Below are positions 14,051-23,550 of a stretch of 64,000 bases of DNA, in pieces; position 1 is the stretch's first letter; each line of letters opens with the position of its first letter. The DNA lies in the NCBI RefSeq assembly GCF_006345805.1, contig NC_043001.1:6138001-6202000 (forward strand). Reading direction: 5' to 3'. The notes under the pieces are model-generated. The model had not been told where the DNA came from, ran no database searches, and saw only the letters and a program-made list of their open reading frames with translations. Source of the stretch: Octopus sinensis (Eukaryota). The position numbers and the translations under genes are program-made.

Positions 14051-14654
14051 TGTGTGTGTGTATGTGTGTGTGTGTGTGTGTGTTTGCGCGAATATATGCG
14101 AGTGTGTGTGTGTGTTTGCGCGAATATATGCGTGTTTGTGTGTGTATTGTGTATTCGCCCGTGAGAGCGTCCTCGTGCATGTGCATGCTGCCGTCAGTTT
14201 ATCTTTTCATGTCTTACAATGTATCTGTACATGAAATGGAGTAACTGTATGTGAGAATGCATTTGTGACTATCACCATAGAAACACTCCGATGTCATTTA
14301 TATATTTCCTTATTCGACAGTCGCAAACACTTTAAATGTTTGCACGCCCGAAGCGCAAAGAGAAAGTACAGAGATTGTTGGCCAAATATTTGATTAAAGA
14401 TTCGATGCCAATTGCATCTTCCTCAATTCATCAATGTCACTTTTCTGGCAACGTTACCACTTTGAATGAGATTGAAATCCAAATACTTCTAATATTTCCA
14501 TCCTATTTCCATCCTATGCATGCAGACGCGTGCATACTAAAAAAAATGATTAAAAGATTTAAAATGGATTATTTAAGAACTTTTGTAATATATAAAATTG
14601 AAACATGATAAATTTTAAACTATACAGAAAACATAAGAAACAATTGATTTTGTA

Positions 14655-14669
14655 TACTTACATACATGC

Positions 14670-14754
<85 letters not shown>

Positions 14755-14772
14755 TATATATATATATATAAG

Positions 14773-14807
<35 letters not shown>

Positions 14808-14818
14808 TATATATATAT

Positions 14819-14862
<44 letters not shown>

Positions 14863-14889
14863 TATATATATATATATATATATATATAA

Positions 14890-14940
<51 letters not shown>
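14655..14940. repeat. Compound (TA)n-(GA)n microsatellite, internally duplicated
   Basis: The (TA)(GA)(TA)-aag-(TA) block occurs twice. Confidence 0.9.
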
Positions 14941-14945
<5 letters not shown>

Positions 14946-15061
14946 AAAATGGTAAAAAGTGAAAAACTACAGAAGGCTTGTTTTAAAGGGTTAAAAAATA
15001 TATTTCAGTCATTATGTCAGAAGAATGTTATAAAATTTTTTCATACAGTGACATAGATTTT

Positions 15062-15101
15062 GAAGATATTACCGGTTTCGTGTTAACTTTTCAAATTTCT
15101 C
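15062..15101 (-). ncRNA. Minimal type I hammerhead motif with U3-A8 core (UUGAAAA)
   Basis: gagaaat-TTGAAAA-gt taac ac-GAAAC-cg-GTA-atatcttc; palindromic stem III ACCGGT. Confidence 0.55.
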
Positions 15102-15138
15102 AAAACATCGTGTTACGTTTTCGTTATGAAGACATAAC

Positions 15139-15179
15139 GAAGAAATTTAAAAAGTTAACACGAAACCGGTAATTTCTTC
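15139..15179 (+). ncRNA. Mirror copy of the hammerhead motif, core UUAAAAA (G5A, probably inactive)
   Basis: gaagaaat-TTAAAAA-gttaacac-GAAAC-cg-GTA-atttcttc; 8-bp perfect stem I. Confidence 0.5.
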
Positions 15180-15340
15180 AAAAACTATGTCACTGTATGA
15201 AAATTTTTATAACATTCTTCTGACATAATGACTCAAATATATTTTTTAACCCTTTAAAACAAGCCTTGTGTAGTTTTTTCACTTTTTACTATTTTCCATA
15301 TATTCAACCACGTGCTTTCACACACCATCTTTCTCACCTA

Positions 15341-15393
<53 letters not shown>

Positions 15394-15659
15394 TAAAACT
15401 TACTTCGAAGTAGATGCATGGCGTTCAGTCATATAATAATATCAATAATATACGTATATATGCTTATATACACACGTATATTCTACATGCTTACATCTAC
15501 ACATATATACATATATATAGACTTCATGTAATGTAATGAACCTTGTATTTATGGATCAACAATTAGAATCGGTGTAATGTGCCGATAATTACGATGTCAA
15601 TTGGAAATTAAGACAAAACTTCACAAGATGAATTGCAAAAAATGAAAGGGGAAATCCTG

Positions 15660-16400
15660 GTTCCAGTTAGCAAAGGCTGGTTCAAAATGTAAAGCGGCAC
15701 ACAAATAGGCACAAAACGAAGATGAGTGTTAAAAGTAAAAGTAAAAATGCTAATATTTATTATCCTGAAACTTTTGCTGAAATATGAAACTCACAAGACC
15801 AAGTATATAATGATTGATCAAGTTGGACTTTTCTGGAACTGCTTACCTCCTAGAATAACTATATCTCGAGAAGAAAAATCAATGCCAGGATTTAAAACTT
15901 CCAAATATTATCTTTGAGGGCGAAACTGGAGATATGAAATTATGTATCAATATAAGAAGCGAATGGCTTTCAACTCTTACACACATTTTAATCTAACTTT
16001 GATTTGGATTTGAAAAAGGGAGCATGGATTACTAAAAGCCCTTTCAAAGAGTGGTTTATAAACATTTTGTTGTGGGGGAGGGTTCCTGCCCCACAAAGAC
16101 ATAGTTCCACACGTAATATTTCCAACAAAGAACTCCCTTTTTTAGTACAAGAAGCACCGAGTCACCCTGCGAAATTAGATGGCTTTTCTAATAATGCGAG
16201 AGTAGAATATATCGTTCAGTATACAAATTCTTGCCTACAACCAGTTGTTCAGAGTTTTATAGCAAACTTCAAAGCATAGTATATGAGAAAATAGCTTAAG
16301 CCCCCTCTGAAATCAAGCGACAAGGAGGTCGAACCAACTTCTGAAGATTACTGGAAAAAATTCAACAGGAGTGCTGTGAATATCGAAGCGGTGTCACTGA
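15660..16400 (+). pseudogene. pogo/Tigger-like DDE_1 transposase relic
   Basis: Fragments SKGWF, DQVGLFWNCLPPRITISREEKSMPGFKTSK, KGAWITKSPFKEWF, NSCLQPVVQSFIANFKA, YWKKFN; stops and frameshifts. Confidence 0.75.
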
Positions 16401-17732
16401 GTGAATTGAAAATTTTGAGTTCGAATAGCGCTTGGGAAAATAAAGGGCCAAACCCTGTGACACTACGTATTCTCATCAAGCAGATAGTCTATATAAGGTT
16501 CGGCAAAATATTGCGACTTGCAAACGACGTAGTATATGTAGAAGTCATAGGAGATCGTGTTACTGAGGAGCTTGGATCTCAGAAAAAGAACAAACCAAAA
16601 TTGTATATGAGATTAGCAGATGTTCTACTAACACAACTTAAATTCTCTACAAGATATTATTGCAAAATCGGTTGGCATTTACAGAGGAAGGACACCAGAT
16701 TTTTACTAATAATGATCCTAATCATAAACGTAACTTAAAAATTACGAGAATAGTGTACAGTGAATTCACATCCTGTACTGAACCATACACAGATATGATG
16801 CAGCATCAAAAATAAAGACCATTGGATAGGTTCTTCCCACCTCAAGCAGGTGTTCATAATAATGAACTATAAGACAGTAAATATTCTCTGATCGTCCTAG
16901 CAATTTTCATTCCACCGGGATTCCTCATAAGGCAGCCAACGTCTTTTGTGATGAGACCGTACTCCTTATATAATAGGATTCATATCAATTATTGTCTAAG
17001 GCAGAGTCGCACGTGAAAGAATAAGTCTTAACGCTGAAAATATGAACTCCTGTTATAATGCATCAGAATTTCTTCTCTACAATTTCTTACTGCCCGATAA
17101 AAGTTACAAATTATTGACAAGATGGCTGTAGGAAGTGATTGCCAATAAAGTGACCACGCAGTTGGATCAAGCATGATAGAGATCCCAAGAATTGGGATTA
17201 AAGTGATGTGTGTGCATTATCGCACCAAATAAAATGATGAGAGGATGCGATGAAGATGTATTTAAGCAAGACCTGAGGAGGCGTATTTTACACCTTCGAC
17301 GTTTTAGTAATTATTACACATCAACTCACCAAAGTAGTACAGATGCAAAATCAGTCGAAACAATTGTAGTGGTTTCCGATAAAGAATGCCAATCATGCTA
17401 TTTTCTATCATTTATATAAATTGTACGGATATTGCGCAACTCCTGATGTCTATCCCATAGCAGGAGCATTTGCACTGTATGATTGCATCGGGTAACCAAC
17501 TGTGGACGAGCTTCGCATAGCATTCTTCAAGGATTTTAACTCAATTCTGTTTAACTCTACTCATTTGTTTGCGAGTGTGTGTGCATGCATGGGAGCAAGT
17601 ATTTGACTATGAATGCATTTATCTGTCTATCTCTCATTCTCTCTCTCTATTTATCTATCTATCCCTAGATATATATATATATATATTATATACATACACA
17701 CACAAACACATATATATATACATACATATATA

Positions 17733-18027
17733 TACAAATAAATGATGTTTTTCCTGATGAGAAGGCGGCATAATGCACCCCTTATTACTTCGAAATTAGG
17801 AATATGCAGCCTTCGAAACATATGTCGAGAATAAAGGAATTTTGTTAAATCGTCGTTCAACTCCATTCTTTCATTTATTTGTATTAAAAAAAACACATAA
17901 ATTTCCACACGAAAGCACGTGATCTCTGCCCTTGGCATGTAGCTTCAACCGTATTTTTCTGACGTGAATTTGCTACCCATGTATCGGTTAACCGAATTAT
18001 CCATACTAAGATAATTCATTCAACTAC

Positions 18028-18031
<4 letters not shown>
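17733..18031 (+). mobile_element. PLE-type remnant between TA tracts with a 13-bp inverted 5' end
   Basis: tacaaataaatga (17733-45) is the reverse complement of 17871-83; contains a canonical HHR. Confidence 0.6.
17749..17831 (+). ncRNA. Canonical type I hammerhead ribozyme
   Basis: ttttc-CTGATGA-gaaggc(g)gcata...tatgc(a)gccttc-GAAAC-atat-GTC-gagaa; palindromic stem III ACATATGT. Confidence 0.85.
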
Positions 18032-18123
<92 letters not shown>

Positions 18124-19854
18124 TACATGTATATGTATGTGTGTGCATTCATACAACACACATACACACACACATATCTATGAAACCATCCCTCAAGCGC
18201 TGAAATCTTCTAAACGAAACGAAAAACACAACAGAATCAAAATTAAGCTTTTCTTATTTGTATACGTAGAACGCAGGAATATAAATGTCAGTTTCAAATC
18301 AGTGGTTCCTACATAACTACATGTTTTAAATATGTACTTACGGTTATAATTCATTGCTATGTCCAAAGGAATCGTGAAGATGACATTAGTTTAACTAGTG
18401 TAACCACATTACAACCGGAATATTCGTTTAGGTATGGTGGCTTCAAAATTAGAAAAATGATCTTTCATTTCGAAGCGAGCAAGCTACCAATGCGATTCAC
18501 CTGACGCTTATGGAAGATGTGTGAAAACGTGTCTCCGTATATTCATGGCGGCAGTTTCATTCGTTGCTGAACATAAATAAATTATCATCACCAATAAATG
18601 TTTCATATCCACGATTTACTCTAATATAATAAGAATATTAAGATCAATGTGCAGAACACCTCGAAGTGAAGCGAATTGACGCATCATATCCCCGTTAGAT
18701 AAATTAGTTGTAAAGTGACGCAATTTTCATAAGCAACATCTCAAAGTTTAATAACTATTTAAAGATGGCGGTTTAGGATACGTGTGAGTTTTTGTTTCTG
18801 TATAAGCGTGAAGCTGCGTATTTGTATGAGTGTGTATGAAAGAGTGTAAAAGAATGAGAGAGAAAATAAGAGACAGAGACAGATAGACAGATAGACAGAA
18901 AGACAGTCTGACAGACAGAGAGGAAAAATGTGTATGTTTGTGAGTGCGGCTAATTGTGAGATTGTAATAATTGAATCGGTTTCGTAGTCTCAATAATAAT
19001 TTATTCATTAAGAAATATAAGATTTTACTCTGAGGCATCAAAGACAGGTTGAAGTTTAGGTTGAAAAGAACAGAATGAAATGGAATAATCTGAAAAACCT
19101 TTTACCAATGTATGAATATTTTCTCCCATCATGACATAATTGGTTTCGATAAGAAAATCTGAAATCGTAAACTGGTAATAAACAATTTGAGACGTAGTGA
19201 TCCGAAACTACAGTGGATAAGAGGGGTCCCCCATCTTTGTCGAGTCTAGTATTAATTTTTGTCAGCATCTTCTGTCTGTGAGTGTGTGTATTTGTGTGTT
19301 TTCATTCGTGAATGCATGGGTGTGTATCTAGGTTTCTACATCCATCTATCGATGTATGCACCCCTTTATCCATCTCTCTCTTTCAATATATCTATCTATC
19401 TATCTATTTCTCTCTCCCTCTCTCTCGCTATACACACACACACATATATATGAAACATATCTAGCCTGGATTCTCATGCACCATTTCCTCAATCAAGATT
19501 TTTATTCGCATTCGTAGCAAACCTAGATGCTAAACAAGTTATAAATCAATTGTTTTTGGCTTATTGAACTTCGATATGGGAAAAACCTACAACCAACATT
19601 CTACACCAATAATCTATTATTGTTCTTGAAAGTTAGTTTTTATACTACCGACGGCTCGAAGAGTTTCAAGCAATGTAGTATATAGCTATATTCGGCGATA
19701 TAGGTTACAGCAGGCCTTGTTCTGCATGCAGCATTGAAAATTCACAACCAATGATGAAACATCGATGTCTGTCGTTCTGAGAAGGAACACGTTGTGAGTT
19801 GTTTGGCTAGCCTATGACTTCCTTTCTGGTTTTTAATACCAGGCTCACTGAGAT

Positions 19855-20175
19855 TATATTCTCTGACGCACAAAAACGCATTTGGCCCACAAACAAATAA
19901 CTCTCTCTCTTTCTCTCTCACACACACACACAAACACACACACACACACACATACATACCTCTCGTGTGTACTGTGATCGATTATTGTCATATACATCCA
20001 GCTGCTTCTAATTCATATTTGAATACATACATACATACATTTACACACACACACACACACATATATATATGTGTGTGTGTGTATGTGTGTGTGTGTGTGT
20101 ATGTGTGTGTGTGTGAGAGAGAGAGAGAGCTATTTGTTTGTGGGCCAAATGCGTTTTTGTGCGTCAGACAATATT
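19855..20175. repeat. Fold-back inverted duplication including CT/CA microsatellites
   Basis: 19862-19899 (tctgacgcacaaaaacgcatttggcccacaaacaaata) is the exact reverse complement of 20131-20168. Confidence 0.85.
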
Positions 20176-20222
20176 CTTATTCACGGGGTATGAATAAGTA
20201 TTTCATTTATATCTCGCGTATG

Positions 20223-20281
20223 TGCCGCTGAAGAGGGGAAAATTTCTTGTGAATTAACCCCGAAATTGGACCAATACGGTA
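20223..20281 (+). ncRNA. Canonical type I hammerhead ribozyme (AUA triplet)
   Basis: tgccg-CTGAAGA-gggg aa aattt cttgt gaatt aa cccc-GAAA-ttgg a ccaa-TA-cggta; followed by ~210 bp and then (TA)n. Confidence 0.8.
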
Positions 20282-20491
20282 ATAACGAATTTTTCAGAGG
20301 TTTCTATCGGTTTGTTTCGAGACATATAAATGTAATGATTATCGACAAATTTTTGTTTCGGCATATCTAGCATTAGAATTTTTCTTCTGCCCTTATCTTG
20401 TAAATTATGTATAAATTTCACCTTTAAAGGCATTTTTTGATATGCTGGCCATCGATAAAATTTTTTCCCGAAAAAAAAAATTCTATATCAA

Positions 20492-20514
20492 TTATATATA
20501 TATATATATATAGT

Positions 20515-20608
<94 letters not shown>

Positions 20609-20674
20609 TATATATATATATACCATATATATATATATAATATAAATATATATATATATATTATATATATATAT
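20492..20674. repeat. (TA)n microsatellite
   Basis: Read directly from the sequence. Confidence 0.95.
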
Positions 20675-20799
20675 AACATTTAGGAGTGACCCTAACAGGT
20701 CATTCGTCCACCAGAAAGAGCAGCCATAACTCACACCGCAAAGTAGTAGTAATAGTCAGAAATTAGGTGAAAATTTAAAAACATTTACCCCAATTCATC

Positions 20800-20897
20800 T
20801 TTTAGACGTTGCAACGTTTCTGTGTCATTAATGATTAAATTAGCTTAATTAAATTAAATTAAGCCAATCTACCATAGGTTACACTTCATCAGTAAAA
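20800..20897 (-). ncRNA. Type I hammerhead, array unit 1
   Basis: tttta-CTGATGA-a-gtgt...acac-a-GAAAC-gttgcaac-GTC-taaaa. Confidence 0.75.
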
Positions 20898-21271
20898 AAC
20901 CTGGGAGAGACAAATATACACGAGGCGTCTGTATCGATGCCTACGGAATATAGTCTTAAAATTTTCAAGACTGACGTATTCGCGCCAAACTTATCAGCAG
21001 TAAAATAAACTGCCGATTCAATCTTAGAATTATTCAGAAAATTATCAATTAGTCAATTTAGGGTAGCAAAAAAATTCAATAGAAATTTATCGCTACCAGC
21101 GGCCTGGTGAAAAAGAGAAAATAGTCAACGACTAAATATATATATATAACAATTTAGGAGTGACCCTAACAGGTCATTCGTCCACCAGAAAGAGCAGCCA
21201 TAACTCACACCGCCAAGTAGTAGTAATTCAGAAATTAGGTGAAAATTTAAAAACATTTACCCCAATTCATC

Positions 21272-21369
21272 TTTTAGACGTTGCAACGTTTCGTGTGTCA
21301 TAATGATTAAATTAGCTTAATTAAATTAAATTAAGCCAATCTACCATAGGTTACACTTCATCAGTAAAA
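21272..21369 (-). ncRNA. Type I hammerhead, array unit 2 (small indels)
   Basis: Same core; one extra base before GAAAC. Confidence 0.7.
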
Positions 21370-21744
21370 AACCTGGGAGAGACAAATATACACGAGGCGT
21401 CTGTATCGATGCCTACGGAATATAGTCTTAAAATTTTCAAGACTGACGTATTCGCGCCAAACTTATCAGCAGTAAATATAAACTGCCGATTCAATTTCAG
21501 AATTATTCAGAAAATTATCAATTAGTCAATTTAGGGTAGCAAAAAAATTCAATAGAAATTTATCGCTACCAGCGGCCTGGTGAAAAAGAGAAAATAGTCA
21601 ACGACTAAATATATATATATAACAATTTAGGAGTGACCCTAACAGGTCATTCGTCCACCAGAAAGAGCAGCCATAACTCACACCGCCAAGTAGTAGTAAT
21701 TCAGAAATTAGGTGAAAATTTAAAAACATTTACCCCAATTCATC

Positions 21745-21842
21745 TTTTAGACGTTGCAACGTTTCTGTGTCATTAATGATTAAATTAGCTTAATTAAATT
21801 AAATTAAGCCAATCTACCATAGGTTACACTTCATCAGTAAAA
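21745..21842 (-). ncRNA. Type I hammerhead, array unit 3
   Basis: Same core, intact. Confidence 0.75.
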
Positions 21843-22274
21843 AACCTGGGAGAGACAAAAGCTAATTTAATCATTAATGACACAGAAACGTTGCAACGTC
21901 TAAAAGATGAATTGGGGTAAATGTTTTTAAATTTCCACCTAATTTCTGAATTACTACTACTTGCGGTGTGAGTTATGGCTGCTCTTTCTGGTGGACGAAT
22001 GACCTGTTAGGGTCACTCCTAAATTGTTATTATAATATTTAGTCGTTGACTTTTTCTCTTTTTCACCAGGCCGCTGGTAGCGATAAATTCTATTGAATTT
22101 TTTTGCTACCCAAATTGACTAATTGATAATTTTCTGAATAATTCTGAGATTGAATCGGCAGTTTATATTTACTGCTGATAAGTTTGGCGCGAATACGTCA
22201 GTCTTGAAAATTTTAAGACTATATTCCGTAGGCATCGATACAGAGCGCCTCGTGTATATTGTCTCTCCCAGGTT

Positions 22275-22369
22275 TTTTACTGATGAAGTGTAACCTATGG
22301 TAGATTGGCTTATTTAATTTAATTAAGCTAATTAATCATTAATGACACAGAACGTTGCAACGTCTAAAA
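22275..22369 (+). ncRNA. Type I hammerhead, inverted arm (GAAC; one A missing)
   Basis: CTGATGA at 22280-86 and GTC at 22362-64; the missing A may be a real mutation or a sequencing error. Confidence 0.6.
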
Positions 22370-22742
22370 GATGAATTGGGGGTAAATGTTTTTAAATTTT
22401 CACCTAATTTCTGAATTACTACTACTTGGCGGTTTGAGTTATGGCTGCTCTTTCTGGTGGACGAATGACCTGTTAGGGTCACTCCTAAATGTTATATATA
22501 TATTTAGTCGTTGACTATTTTCTCTTTTTCACCAGGCCGCTGGTAGCGATAAATTTCTATTGAATTTTTTTGCTACCCTAAATTGACTAATTGATAATTT
22601 TCTGAATAATTCTGAGATTGAATCGGCAGTTTATATTTACTGCTGATAAGTTTGGCGCGAATACGTCAGTCTTGAAAATTTTAAGACTATATTCCGTAGG
22701 CATCGATACAGACGCCTCGTGTATATTTGTCTCTCCCAGGTT

Positions 22743-22841
22743 TTTTACTGATGAAGTGTAACCTGGTAGATTGGCTTAATTTAATTTAATTAAGCTAATT
22801 TAATCATTAATGACACAGAAGAAACGTTGCAACGTCTAAAA
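22743..22841 (+). ncRNA. Type I hammerhead, inverted arm (extra GAA before GAAAC)
   Basis: CTGATGA 22748-54, GAAAC 22821-25, GTC 22834-36. Confidence 0.65.
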
Positions 22842-23219
22842 GATGAATGGGGGTAAATGTTTTTAAATTTTCACCTAATTTCTGAATTACTACTACTTGG
22901 CGTGTGTGTGAGTTATGGCTGCTCTTTCTGGTGGACGAATGACCTGTTAGGGTCACTCCTAAATTGTTATATATATATATTTAGTCGTTGACTATTTTCT
23001 CTTTTTCACCAGGCCGCTGGTAGCGATAAATTTCTATTGAATTTTTTTGCTACCCTAAATTGACTAATTGATAATTTTCTGAATAATTCTGAGATTGAAT
23101 CGGCAGTTTATATTTACTGCTGATAAGTTTGGCGCGAATACGTCAGTCTTGAAAATTTTAAGACTATATTCCGTAGGCATCGATACAGACGCCTCGTGTA
23201 TATTTGTCTCTCCCAGGTT

Positions 23220-23316
23220 TTTTACTGATGAAGTGTAACCTATGGTAGATTGGCTTAATTTAATTAATTAAGCTAATTTAATCATTAATGACACAGAAAC
23301 GTTGCAACGTCTAAAA
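23220..23316 (+). ncRNA. Type I hammerhead, inverted arm, intact
   Basis: CTGATGA 23225-31, GAAAC 23296-300, GTC 23309-11; stem I tttta/taaaa. Confidence 0.75.
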
Positions 23317-23550
23317 GATGAATTGGGGTAAATGTTTTTAAATTTTCACCTAATTTCTGAATTACTACTACTGGCGGTGTGAGTTATGGCTGCTCTTTCT
23401 GGTGGACGAATGACCTGTTAGGGTCACTCCTAAATTGTTATATATATATTAGTCGTTGACTATTTTCTCTTTTTCACCAGGCCGCTGGTAGCGATAAATT
23501 TCTATTGAATTTTTTTGCTACCCTAAATTGACTAATATATATATATAATA

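Larger units (their letters stand above)
14941..15300. mobile_element. 360-bp near-perfect palindrome (head-to-head PLE-type remnant) in TA tracts
   Basis: Arms 14941-~15100 and ~15140-15300 are reverse complements; centre is ttcgttatg-aaga-cataacgaa; each arm carries an HHR-like motif. Confidence 0.8.
20675..23536. repeat. Head-to-head tandem array of ~473-bp hammerhead-containing monomers (retrozyme/PLE pLTR-like)
   Basis: Units start at 20675, 21148 and 21621; inversion at ~21860; ~3.5 reverse units run to 23536; short (TA)n inside each unit. Confidence 0.92.

Noticed and set aside
20675-23536. CRISPR-like array
   Set aside because: Units are ~473-bp near-identical repeats with no unique spacers; eukaryotic context and no cas genes.
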